Source: Sphagnum compactum (Eukaryota). From it: DNA of 64,000 nt. Below are positions 38,063-61,325 of the stretch, piece by piece. Location: contig OZ234494.1 of the NCBI GenBank assembly GCA_965153455.1, positions 6,386,001 through 6,450,000 of the forward strand, written 5' to 3'. Every line of letters begins with the position of its first letter. The first letter of the stretch is position 1. The notes below the pieces were generated by a model, which saw only the letters and a list, made by a program, of their open reading frames with translations, searched no databases and was not told the origin of the DNA. The position numbers and the translations under genes were made by a program.

Positions 38063-41000
38063 ATGTGCAGCAATGCCTGCACATTTGCAGGGTTTCTTCC
38101 TTGTCTCTTACTGGCAACCATTCTCCTTGGAAGTCTCGGTATGCCCCTCTCCATTTGGTCTTCCAACAATTTCCATAGTCAACCCACCACCCTAAATCAT
38201 CGGTTTGGAGGTACCAACTATCTGATGCTCCAATTCTTTTTTGGGGCTCCTGCAGCTGCACCACTTCCAGCACCAGGAGCAACTCTGGCACAGGAGACCC
38301 AGGACGAGCATCAGGTACCTTCTTCATTAACTCCAACTGTAACAAGATATGATGAGGGAAATCACCCGAGTCCCATCCATGCAGCAAGAGCCACATCCCC
38401 AGCTCCTGCTCATGTACCCAGAGTCACAGCCCAAGCACCTGCTCATACTCATGCACCACATGCAACAGCCCCAGCTCCAGTTCCACGCATACAAGGGCAT
38501 CACCATCATCTACGTCCAGGTTGGGTTTTTACTGTCTTTTTGAACTTCTTCTGCTTATCCTCTCGCCTTCACTCAGTTGCTAATATGGTCATGCACTCAT
38601 GTCTGTGGTCCATTATTGAATGGCAGCTCCTGCTTCAGTTCCTGTACCCAATACACAGTTACTACCTCCAATACCAATGGGTTTTCCTTCACCTTCAAAT
38701 TACTCACAAGGTACAGTTTCTTGACACGCAATGATTTGGAAAATTATGCAATAGAGAATCTGGTCCTCTGTTGGTGAGCATTGCCACTGACCCATGCGAG
38801 AGAAGAGGTTCATAGCAGAGCTTCACAGTAAGGGGTGGTGTTGATCTAGTACTGATTGGTTTGTTTTTTGTGTTGTAGAATGTACGGTGCCATGTGGTGA
38901 TGGCTACACAAACTCTGTACCGGGCTCACCATGTGGCTGCGTGATACCGATTCAAGTAGAATTACAATTAGGGATTGATCTTGACACCCTTTTTCCTCTC
39001 GTGTCGGAGCTTCTTAAGGAGCTTGCATTCGGCCTCTTTCTCCAACCAAGCCAAGTGCGGATTGTAGGAGCAAAAGCTGCAGACCAGAATCAGGAAGAGA
39101 CTGATGTTTACGCAGATTTTGTGCCATTGGATATGGCATTTGATAACACTACTGTTGACCTTCTTTCTTCACGCTTCTGGAACCATCAAGTGATGTTAAA
39201 TGACTCTCTGTTCGGGTCGTACTCAGTCATATCTGTCAGCTGGCCTGGTATGCTCCTTGGCCTCTTAAAGCTCTGAGACAAAGATTTTGGCTTTTTGGTA
39301 CCTGACTGACTGATGCAGTGGGCATGAAACCTCTGTCAATGCTTGGTATTGTACAGAAACAAGGCTTTGGTGGCTGGATCGGCTTTACATCTCTGGTGTG
39401 TATCTTTTGTAGGTCTCCCTCCATCACCACCATCTCAAGCTCCTTATTACAACACCAGTGCTGCACCACAGGGAGATGGAGGGGCTGCTGAGCATCCCGT
39501 TGGTATTATTATGAAGAAGAAGGGTCACAGAGGAATGTACAAAATTGTCATTATTGTCTTGGCATCTGCCATGGCTGCAGTTTTCTGTGCTGGGGTCTTG
39601 GGCTATCTGGTGCTGCATTGGAGAGGGTCTACTGCAACGATTGAACCTGTCCTTATTGCTTCCACTAAATATTCTGCGCGCTCAGGTATGCTTCTTTGGT
39701 GAACTGCTGAGTTCCAGATTTGAGAGAAAACATTGAATTGGGTTTTCCTCACTCATAATTTGACAGAACTGTGCTCTCCTTTTTGGTCACAGTGATGCAA
39801 TTGGTGCCTCCTGATCATGACATTTTTTCCATATCCATGCAGCTGGAGGTTCCATGTTGTCAGGCAGCATTCTCGGCTCAACAGTACCATCATTTGGATC
39901 GAGCATGCCATCATATGCAGGAACTGTCAAGAGCTTCTCCTTTGCAGAGCTCAACAGAGCAACTGAGAATTTTAACCCTGAGAATGTGGTGGGAGAGGGA
40001 GGGTTCGGAAAGGTGTATCAAGGTGTGCTAGATAATGGTGTGCTCGTGGCTGTCAAAGTATTGACCCACGACAACCAACAAGGAGGCCGTGAGTTTGATG
40101 CTGAGGTAGAGATGCTGAGTCGGTTGCACCACCGCAACCTTGTGAAGCTGATTGGTATCTGCACAGAGGACCCTGAGCGTTGCCTAGTGTATGAGCTTAT
40201 ACCCAATGGCAGTGTGGAGTCACACTTGCATGGTTCGTTCAAATCCAAACCACCTGACATTGAGAAAAAAGTCTAATGGTAGGTTAATATTCAGCAGTCT
40301 TTTTTGGTGCAAAATTGAAGACTTTTCTAACCAATGTGGTAAAGATCGAGTCCCTCTGATTCCATGGTTGTGTTGCATGCCTTCAAACCATCTCCTAGAA
40401 TGTCAAAGCACTGTATATTATCATCAAGGCTTCAATTGAGGAATCTTGAAAATCTCAGTTGGGAAGAGACATTCTGATTCTAATCTGACAAGAGCTGCTC
40501 ATAATCTGAGACGACCCAAAAACAGGGGTCAGTCCTCTCCATAGGAGAAAGAGTTGCTCCTTTCAATTTAGATATATTGCAAATATGCTAACTGTTTATC
40601 TTCCCTGTTGAATAGGCCCAGACATGCCTCTGGACTGGGAAGCACGGCTCAAAATTGCCCTGGGTTCAGCACGAGGACTGGCATACTTGCATGAGGATTC
40701 AAATCCACGAGTGATTCACCGTGACTTCAAAGCCAGCAACATTTTGCTTGAGGATGATTTCACTCCCAAAGTTTCTGACTTTGGTTTGGCTAAATCAGCT
40801 GGTGAGGTGGGCAAGAGCCAGCCCATCTCAACACGAGTGATGGGGACTTTTGGGTAAGCCCATCCATTCCTTTATGTCTCTTCTAAGTTGACCAAAAACT
40901 TTGTGAGAGAGAGAATTTGTCCAATCATGCACAAGTAATATAATTGCTCCTATATTGAAGCGCATTCTCAATTGGTTTTTTTCTCTGGTTATGCTGAGTC

Positions 41001-41821
41001 CAAGATGCATGGATGATATGAAAAAGCATCAAAAACCTACATTTGCATTTGCTTTGGTTTGCCTTTCAATGTTGATTTGATGGTTGTGGGGGTGTAGGTA
41101 TGTAGCTCCAGAATATGCAATGACAGGTCATCTGCTAGTGAAGAGTGATGTGTACAGCTACGGGGTTGTGTTGCTTGAGCTTCTGACAGGGCGGAAGCCG
41201 GTGGACATGTCTCAACCACCGGGTGAAGAGCATCTGGTTACATGGGCGCGACCACTGCTGATGAGCAATGAAAGGATGTATATTCTCGTAGATCCTGAGC
41301 TCAGGAACAATTTTCCACTTGACAGTTTCACAAAGGTGGCTGCCATAGCTTACAGGTGTGTGCAACCTGAAGCATCAAATCGGCCATTCATGGGTGAAGT
41401 TGTCCAAGCTCTCAAACTTCTTTCTGCTGGGTCAGATGCTAGTGACTCTGGTGTTGGAGACAACTCAGTACAGAACCATAATGGCGGGGTTATCATCTGT
41501 GATCCAAGATCACGATTTTTGCCAGAGACATCTTCTTTTATTAGTATTGGTTCAGATTCAGGGCCTCTCAACCTCCACAATGTTGAGCGTGGGTGGCCTC
41601 TCTCTGCCTCAGCTATTTTCACAGGTTCAGGCCGATACTTGTGGGAGCTTTCAGATTCTTTCAGGCGTCATAGTGCTTCAGGACCCTTGAAAACCGCAGG
41701 AGACAAGCGCTCAGGTTGGTATAGGTTGAGGGGTGCAAATGCACTCACCAAGAGTGACCATGGAGCTGCAACCCATGATAAACACAGACACAACACAGAT
41801 AAACCAAACATGTGGACATAA
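38063..41821 (+). CDS. ALE2-like receptor-like Ser/Thr kinase with Pro-rich and Cys-containing ectodomain (~805 aa)
   Basis: Exons 38063-38138, 38256-38519, 38627-38710, 38879-39247, 39413-39685, 39843-40232, 40616-40853, 41098-41821; all GT-AG and frame-consistent. Signal peptide, C...C......[10 protein letters not shown] ectodomain, TM helix [74 protein letters not shown]. Confidence 0.9.
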
Positions 41822-42467
41822 AAAAATTTAGGCTGCTTGTTGTGGTAGTGTCTGAGGCAATCAGCTCTTTGTGTTTCTCTTGAGCAAACCTTTCTGGCAG
41901 TGGATAGAATGACTGTCTTTGGATTTTTCATTCCTGCCTGAAACATGAGGGTTGGTTGCCAGATTTCAGTTGCCTTTTGTCATGTGTGTAGCAGTATTTT
42001 GTACCAGTGTAGAAACTTGTCTGCATTTCATGTTTATCATTCTCATTAGACCCTTCTGAACAAAAGAACGATACTGGAGAAAAAAAAGGGTGATCAAACT
42101 AGTAAATTAGGATCATATAATTGTACTGCAGAGGAAAGACTGAGCCCATGACATTTTTGCATTGATCTCCCAATCTAAACTTCTACAATGAGGACACTTA
42201 ACATGTTGCTATTGCACTCACTACTAGACTCTCTCTTAGGTTTCATTCCAGTTGAGGAGCAGACCCACAGAGCATTTAGCATGGGAAGACATTAAGCAGG
42301 TCAACAGCTTTAAATGCAGATAGGGAAAGGTGCTACCATATCAACAGAACTTTGCCAAGAGGTGGCCTATAAGTGGGGCATGTGAAGGACAGGGAGATTG
42401 AGAAGACAACTACAATCAAGGACTGTCTATATTAAAGAATTTGGTGTTAATGAACTATCTCAGAATC

Positions 42468-43948
42468 TCACTTATGAGGAACATCTTCTGTATCGTACAA
42501 CTCTCTGAGTGACTGCAGAGATTGTTGTGAGATGCCATTTGGAAGCCCCATGTGTGATGAAAGTGCATGATTTTGGGGAAGATCCAAAGCCTTCTCAAAG
42601 CATGATGATGGGGCCTGCCATTGCTGATCCTCCAGAATGTTCCCCTCCTCAAATGCCATCACATGCAATGTTTGTCCTACATGTCAAACACAACCCGCAC
42701 ATCTGATTCTCAACAACTGGTCTATGATTCTTTAGTTTTAACTTCTCACACCATTATAAAGCTCTAAAACACTGTGGTCAAAGGAACTCATCACTGCACC
42801 TAATTTTGCAGTGATTGTTTTCTTACAATCCTGAGACCTTCGGTAGTGTGTAGTCCATGTCCTACTAGATATGTCCACTGCATACTGGTTATAACAATAT
42901 AGCTCTTGATCTCTTCCCTGGGATTGTTCACTGGAAAAAAAAAAGTGAAAAAGAAATTGATACGGTTTGAAGTATGTAGAAGCTCTTCAGATCAATAGTG
43001 AACATGAACAAGCAGATTTGGAGAGACATACCAGTGAAAAAAACCCAAGACACAGGTCTTTTTGTGTCAATGTCTTCGTAATAGGTGATGAAGTCTAACT
43101 TCTCCCAGACATTGCATTTGAACCCCTCAATTTCCTGCTCACCCACATAAGTGGCATTTGCCAACCAGTCAGGATGCAAGATTCCAACAGGAAATGTCAT
43201 TGTGAGACAGGTTTGATGTTCCAAATCAAAGTAAAATGAAGTGCCATTGGTCCACTCGACATCATGAATCCGTTTCCCCAATTGGTGTTGGATGAGATTC
43301 AAGTTTCTTCCACCAGGCCAATCATACCACAGATCAACAATTGCAAGCTTTCCAGTTGAATTTTGATACAGGAGGGCATGAAATTGAGGCGGCCATGGCT
43401 TTGGTGTCGGGTTTCCCTCCAACATTACAAGGGTAGGAAATATGAGCATCATCATTGATAAAACCCATAACTGATCCTGTCAAGAACAAAATGGTGTCAG
43501 TAGAGTAAAGCTGCAGCCACAGGGTACAGTGCCTTGCTACTAGCAAAATTTACCAGTACAGAAAACAGATTGTCACTGGACTTTAGCAAACAGCATACTA
43601 TTCACTACAGGCTATCTACTCTCGTCCTCACACATCAAAATGCCAGTAGTTAATCCCACAGCCTTATATCGTTTTAGTCTTTTAGGGGAGAGAGAGAGAG
43701 AGACCACGTCCCTTCCTGAAACCGACCTCATGCAGAAAACTGAACCCTAAACCCTCAGAAAGCATGGATAACCTTTCTTTCCGTGAACAAATGTGTAAGA
43801 AACAGCAGAGAAATCTCCACAGCAACAATTTGAAGGCAACATGACAATGAATGCAGTCATAACCTTATGAGACAATTGCTCACAAAAATTGTCAGACCCT
43901 AGACCCTAAACAAGAGGAGAGCAGTGAGTGAGCAACTGCCATGACCAT
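42468..43948 (-). CDS. Uncharacterised secreted protein, At4g14100-like (~234 aa)
   Basis: Exons 43948-43898 (first exon tentative, weak donor AGG|GTCTGA), 43476-43032, 42676-42468. Hydrophobic leader, then PTPKPWPPQFH, DLWYDWPGGRNLNLIQHQLG, EWTNGTSFYF, FPVGILHPDWL, GFKCNVWEK, WQAPSSCF. Confidence 0.8.
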
Positions 43949-44672
43949 CTACTGAACTTCATCAGCTCCGGACGGTGAGTGTAGGTAAGTCTATCAAAAT
44001 CAGGCCAAAATACTCTTGACAAAGCATTATACAAAAATCTGCAGATTCCACACACACCTGCCATGATACATCTGGGAAAAATCCTCGCACGCCTTCTCTT
44101 GTTCCTCGTCTTTGGAGCTCCATTTCGAAACCTCCGTTACAAAAGCGCGGTGTGTGTGTGTGTGCGCTCGCTCGCGCCTCTCGTTACTTTGTGGTGGCTC
44201 TGCCCCCTTGTGGCACAGGTTCAAAGTCAGTGTTGGCTGGCTTTTCCAAATTAATTATTTGATTTGATTATATATATATAGTATTTAATGTTTAGCCAAA
44301 TTTCTGATGTAGGTGGACTGGCGATCATCCACAAGATGACTTAACCAAATTTGGCTATAGTTCAAAGAGGAAAAGTAAAAATATTTTGAAATCTCACTAT
44401 ATTCTGGCAATGTGCTAGAAGCTAGGGTCTAAAATATGGCGATTTCAACCTTTTTTTAAAAAAAAGCTTCAAATATGGCAGCTTTGGGCCTTTTTCTTTT
44501 TCCCCAAGAAGATCCTTTGTAGGATTCAAACTTTGTTTTTTTTTGGGTTGCGAAGTGATGAAATTTTTCCCTTGGAAAAAAAAAAAATCCCTAATGTTGA
44601 GGGAGTAAATTTTGTATCACACATGCTATCAAATAACTGATTTTTAAAATTAAAAAACCCTTTTATTACCAA

Positions 44673-44880
44673 TCTATCTATCTATGAAGAAGGAAGGTTG
44701 TTTGTTTGATTTGTTTTGTTTTATGAGATCCACTGAACCAGGATCCTTCAGATTTGTCGGGTTCTTGGTCTATTTGGAAAGCTCTTGAGGAGGAGGAGGA
44801 GGGGTGCATGAGCTTGGTTTCATGATGTTTGGACTTGTGGTGCAAAAGTTCTTGAAATATTGAATGATTTTTTCACTGAA
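44673..44880 (+). mobile_element. Short dispersed repeat with a Helitron-like 5' end, copy 2 (3'-truncated)
   Basis: A|TCTATCTATCTATGAAG...; homologous to 25690-25870. Confidence 0.6.
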
Positions 44881-45257
44881 AAAATAATACTCACATGTTA
44901 TGCATAAGGGGTCAAATTTTGAAATGCCGAAATTGATTCTTGACTATATAACCTCATAATTGTTAAGGTAGGTTTTTGTAAATATAATTTATCCTCAAAA
45001 AAATTTCATTCCCATGCACTTCTCAGAAAATTTAATGATACAAATCAAGTTAAAGGGGGGAGTATCACAATTGTCAACTCAAAAGTAATAATCAAATTCA
45101 AGTTAAAAAGACAAGATTAAATTGGAGAAAGTGTAAAGAAAGCTGAAAATGTTTTAATATTTAAAAGATTATAAACTTGTTGGGACAAATCATGAAATGC
45201 TACAAGTCAATTTTTGTTTTTCATCAAATCAATACCTGACCCATAAAGGTCTCAGAG

Positions 45258-45278
45258 GGGTTTAGGGTTTAGGGTTTA
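45258..45278. repeat. Short interstitial telomere-type (TTTAGGG) run
   Basis: gggtttagggtttagggttta. Confidence 0.6.
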
Positions 45279-45999
45279 TATACTAGACAAATATACTAGA
45301 CAAGTAAAGTCTCTATAACCACCTCATACCAACTAATTTAAAGGTATGCATCTTCATATTCACATCAAGATTCTATTAAAAAGGAAAACAAAAACTATGA
45401 GATCCATTTGACATAAGACAAGATGTGATCCAAAAAAGAAGGGAAAACTAATCCAATTCATTAACATAATCTCAAAAGAAACAAAATATTATCCAATGCC
45501 CTAAGCACCCATGTAAAATCTGAAGGAAAAAAAATGTTGCGATTGTTCACCATTCCTTTTCATAAACCCTAGCACCAAGGAGAAGTTCCATCATCATCCA
45601 ATAGAGCATCCTTAGTTTCAAAACACTTTTTTGGCATATCCTTGCACAATGCGACAATCCAATCTTTGCCTGATTGGGCAAATTTTTGCAAATCAACACA
45701 AGTTTAACCACATGGAACCCCTAGCCTACAAAGCTCAACTTTACTACTTGACTAATTCAAATGTTAATGGGATTGGCATATACATGCAAAGGTATTTTGA
45801 AACAACACTACCTTGGATGCCCATTGCAAATCTAGTCTCAATAGGAGTTTTCAATTTTGTCTTTGACAAAAAAAAACCTCCACACATGCCTTCTTCAATT
45901 CTAGCAACTCCTTCCCCAATCTTTTAGCTCATGTAGTACTTTGAAAAAAGAATTATGCAACCTTCAAACTTATCTCTTTCATCGTGAAACAAACTTGGT

Positions 46000-48050
46000 C
46001 ATGGTTAGCGGCATACTAACATGCCTTGTACATAACCTGGCCAAAATGTGTTCATTGAAGGGTAAGGGGTGTCAATGGAACATAATTCACAACTAAATCA
46101 ATGTTACAAAACCAAGGTATTCAAGTTCCTTCCTTCATTTTTTACATACTCAATAATTTTGTTTGTGAACTTGAACTTAGCCAACAATGTTTTCATTAAC
46201 AAGGTTAAAACAACATCTAATGTTTCTTGGGCTTCAAAAAGGGGCACATGACAAGTTCATCAATGAAGTTGATTACTAGAACAAAAATGTCTAATTCAAA
46301 ACTAGGCATTCATAAGTCAAAAGAACATGTGGTTGATGAACATCTTGCATTAGTTGAATACATGCCTTTCCATACTCTTTGTGAACATTGTTGGTAGATG
46401 CCTATACATCTACAACCATAATGCATCACCAAGCGACATAGGAAAAGGCTTTTCACAATAAACAAGGGCAATTTTTTACCACAATTGACAACACTTAGTG
46501 GCTTGTCAATCCACTCGTATGCCATACAAAAATGGAAGAGGATTCCCATTTTCCTTTTGTTGAAACTATTAGTGTATTTACCACATCTAATAACATTTTT
46601 TCTTTAATGGTTAAGTGTTTGCTTGATTCTGGTGATTTGCGGGTGGAGGAACCAGGAAAGAAGTTCGTGAGCATGGGGTGTAATGGTAATAACATCTTCT
46701 AAGCTCATTGAACAAGTGTGATGATGCAAATAAAACTTAAAGTTGCCACATTTCTTATTGGAGTTCATTATATTGCTCACAATATTAACCTAACTATGAT
46801 CAATCTATCAACTTTGGATTTAATGCATGGGATGGAGGTCATTTTGCAAAGCTTCTACACTTTCCTTGCTCAAAACTTGAAGAAGTCCCAATTTTTGTTT
46901 TTTAACTTATAGATTTGCTCAATACCAAAGGAAAAAAAGTAAACTCAAATGAATTTTCATGCTATTACCAACAAAATGGGTATATGCAAAATTTTGCCCT
47001 TTCATGATGAAGACGCATGTTAATAGTGCAAAAAGTGATGTTGTTTTGAAGAATTTGAGTGTTCTATGTGATGTTGAGTTCATTCTAGGGCTCCCATGTA
47101 TGCTTAACTAATTATGTGTATACCTTGATAAAGATTGCACAAGGCAAAGATTTTTTTTTGTACAACTTTGTGAACTTTGTCAAGTTGGCCTAACAAGTAT
47201 TGTATAATCTCTAATGTAATCCTTACATGAAGTTTGAAGATATCCAACATTTGATGATTTCAATGCTATTGAGATTCTAACCAATGACATTTTTCCCATG
47301 TATCGGTTTTTAAATTTCATTTGTGGTGGAAAGGATGTTGTGTATCTTGCATTCTCAATTTTTGGACACAAGTATCTTGTCTATTATTAGTGACAATGGT
47401 GCTACATATCCTTAAACTTGTCACTGTGGATGCTTTCAAGCAAGAAGTGGTCAAAGTGAAGGATGAATGCTCGGGGATAGCTCGAGTCCTTGTCATAGAG
47501 CTTCAACAATGCTTCCCAGAGCATGAAGTTATCCTCCAACTTCGGGTGTGGTTTACCCACATTCTAGGCTACGAATATGAATGATAGAATTTTCAATCAT
47601 TTAAGTGTGTTGAAGGTCACCTTCTATCCCCCGATAATGTGGGTGAATGTGGCAAATTTGTGCCTAGGTACCTTGCTCTCAACACACATCCTTGATTTGC
47701 AAGTCTTTTTTTTCAAGATGAAAATGGTGTATAATTTTGAGTCAATTTTGCATGAGGCAATGAGCTCAACCCAATTATTAGGTTTTGGTGTAAAGTTTTT
47801 GCACTTGCCATCTCTCTTACCATAAGCTTTCAAAATACATAGAGTTAGCTACAATTGATGTTGTTCAAGTGCTTGGTTGTGTCGAAGACAAACAAACTTT
47901 CAGCACTATTACTTTGGTTTTGTTGAAGACAAAAGAATTTTCAACACCATTAGTTTCATGAAGAACAATTGTAGAACCAGCTAAGCACATACTTTGATCC
48001 GTGCATCACATTCTACAGACATGGTTTTTTTCTGTTGCAAAATTTTCCTT
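46000..48050 (+). mobile_element. Decayed hAT-superfamily transposase (ZNF862-like) remnant
   Basis: Frameshifted fragments GVHYIAHNINL (CxxH-like), ELQQCFPEHEV, and a C-terminal VQVLGCVED..TFST..FMKN..RN.L.T.(L)D..(F).LQNFP matching the hAT dimerisation domain. Many stops; left boundary approximate. Confidence 0.75.
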
Positions 48051-48742
48051 GCGGCAAGGAAAAGTCTGATATTGTCGAGATGTGTAAGCTCTTCAAGGTT
48101 TGCAAAGACACTGATCTGGGTGGCAAATCAGATAAGGATTTTGCTACAATTTGGACATGGCTAGTGAGTTTTAGGGCAAACTCTGAATGTGGAATTTTAA
48201 TTTCTTGTGCGAATGAAAGGAAGATTAGTAATCAATGAAAATACATCTCATTTCTCACTCACATTTCCCCTCCAGATAAAAAGAGACGAGGCACATCACA
48301 CATGCAAGCTACTGCCCACGTTAATGTCAGAGTTTCTGTTGTCAAAATACATGTTTCAACATCAGCTGCAGGTCCGCATACATGTTCGAGAAGAAAGGAA
48401 ACTCCATCTATTTACTTTCATATCACTGTTCTGAGGAGTCTTTTCAACAGCCTCTATATTTCCCCCTGTTACACCTGAATACCTGAATCCCATTTCACTC
48501 CTTGATATGCCTTTTAGGAGTGAAATAAAAGTGAAGTACTCCAGGACAGGTGGACAACAAGGGAGATGAATGTGTGTGCTCATCAATCTTACACAAGGTT
48601 CAAGCACAGGGGACTGGTTAGAAAGGAATCTTGAGAGGAATCAGGTAAAACTATGAAAGAAATTGGTTTTCCTTTCCTTGCGTCACAAGAAGATGGGATG
48701 GAAGGAAAATGCAAATACACATGTTGGTTGGGTCCTCAGTTT

Positions 48743-58950
<10,208 letters not shown>

Positions 58951-59641
58951 GACTGCCAAGATATCTTCAAGTCTCCCGTATTGCAAATCACGCCAGCATC
59001 AACATGTTCAACAGATTATTCGCCCGTCCAGCGCGTCTTGTGACGACAACCAACGTCAACATCATCTGGAAAAATCCACAATACTCTGGAACAAATCAAA
59101 GCCCTCCTTCAAAGGCAAAAAAGCAGCAACACAGAATTCCAAACCCCAGCTGACAGGCCGCAAAACAAATGGGACAAGTTTAGGTACACAATATAAAAAA
59201 AAACCCCCAGAAAAGAGAAACAAACACAGACGAGTTTCAAAAAAGTTGGAAAATCCCTAAGTAAAAAAATTCCTGCGAAACTCAACAACCACACAGCACA
59301 TAACTCTTACCGAACCGAACAATCCACAACAACAACGAAAAAGCAACACTCTGCAAAGCTCACAGACACCACCACTCCGCGCACTTGAGGAAACGAGGGT
59401 TCTAGGGCGGGCGGGAAGGAAGACGAGCTTTCCTCATCCACCTGGATGGCATATTTTCCTCTCATACCCTGACGTTTCATCCAAGAGGGTTTTATCTTAA
59501 CACACCCCCGGTGTAAAAAAAACTACTTGTGGTTAAATCCCGATGGTTGCGGGATTTTACAACGAGTTTCATCCACGTGGGGTTTGTTTTCACCCGTTAA
59601 TGTGACGAACTCGAGTCTGTAAGTTCAGTGCTTAAACTACA

Positions 59642-61006
59642 CTAGTGGGCTCCCGTGCCTGCAAGGCACGACACGGCACTGGGAAAAAACTGGGAGTCCA
59701 AAGGAGACCCCAAAGACCAGAACTCCTAATTGGACGGAATCACAAATACATGATATTTCATCCAAATAAATCACCATGCAAAACTTATCATTAGACGAAA
59801 CTTACGAATACATAAATATTTCATCCACATAATCAATCCATCCAAAACTCTAATTGGACAAAACTACAAAATCTTTAATATTTCATCCACAAATCATTCC
59901 TCCTAATTGGACGGAACTACAAATACATGATATCTCATCCTCATAACGACCCATCCAGAACTCTGAGCTCATTGGATGGAACTAAAAACGTATAATATTT
60001 CATCCACATAATCACAGAACTGCCGGGTTTTCGTGCACAGAACTGCCGGGTTTCACGAAAACCCGGAAAAGAGGAGCCAGGCAGGTTTTTGGGTGGTTAT
60101 TTTACTTTCACAATTTGGGATCTGGGTTTCAGGACCTCGACCAGACGGACGGACAGGCGGGTGCTGGGATCTGGGTTTCAGGACCCATACTCACAAGAAG
60201 AATCACTGCAACACCTCAGAACTCGTAATTGGACGGAATTACGAATATAATGATATTTCATCCACATAATCATCCATTCAAAACCCCTCAGTGGAATACA
60301 TAATATTTCATCCACATCATCAATCCATCCAGAACTCCTAATTAGATGGAACTCTAAATACGTAATATTTTCACCTGCATAATCATCCATCCAGAACTCC
60401 TAATTGGACGGAATTACAAATACATGATATTTCATCCAAATAAATCACCATGCAAAACTTATCATTAGACGGAACTTACGAATACATAAATATTTCATCC
60501 ACATAATCAATCCATCCAAAACTCTAAGTGGACAAAACTACAAAATCTTTAATATTTCATCCACAAATCATTCCTCCTAATTGGACGGAACTACAAATAC
60601 ATGATATCTCATCCTCATAACCACCCATCCAGAACTCTGAGCTCATTGGACGGAACTAAAAACATATACTATTTCATCCACATAATCACAGAATCGCCGG
60701 GTTTTCGTGCACAGAACTGCCGGGTTTCACGAAAACCCGGAAAAGAGGAGCCAGGCAGGTTTTTGGGTGGTTATTTTACTTTTACAATTTGGGATCTGAG
60801 TTTCAGGACGTCGACCAGACGGACGGACAGGCGGGTCCCGATCTGGGTTTCAGGACCTCGACGGACGGACAACACCTCGACTTTCAGGACCTCGACAGAC
60901 GGACAGACAACGCACAGACGGACGGACGGACGGACAGGACCTCGACTGTCAGGACCTCGACGCACGCACGCACGGACGGACGCAACAAGTGACTTTATAG
61001 ATAAGA
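59642..61006 (-). mobile_element. Non-autonomous Helitron (1365 bp) with internal tandem repeats
   Basis: On the minus strand the 5' end is A|TCTTATCTATAAAG (61006). The 3' hairpin CGTGCCT-TGC-AGGCACG (59654-59670) sits 8 nt before CTAG|T (59642). No TSD. Interior has ~55-bp subrepeats, a 674-bp-period duplication (59717 / 60391) and ggac-rich repeats. Confidence 0.85.
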
Positions 61007-61124
61007 TTGCAAATTTTCATCATCCAAATAACTCCCTACCTACCCATATGGTTTTGAAACCCTGCCAAACTTGACAAAAGAGAAAAACGCCCATCCAGAA
61101 GAGGAAAGGGAGGAATAAACTGTG

Positions 61125-61325
61125 AAGTAAATTAGACAAGCAGATGGATGAAAAACTACCCAAAAAAAAGGTTTACTCAGCAATTATAGGCCTTTAACAG
61201 TAAATTAGACAAGGAGATGGATGAAAAACCAGAAACAAAAGGTTTACTCAGCAATTATAGGCGGCCTTTAACTTTGAAGTAAATTAGACAAGGATAGGAT
61301 GGATGAAAAATCAGAAACAAACAGA
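61125..61325. repeat. ~75-bp tandem repeat, 3 copies
   Basis: agtaaattagacaag..gatggatgaaaaa...aaaaggtttactcagcaattataggc. Confidence 0.8.

Noticed and set aside
59717..60830. Regular repeats that could be taken for a CRISPR array
   Set aside because: The units are degenerate tandem repeats without unique spacers, lie inside a Helitron, and there are no cas genes; the DNA is eukaryotic.
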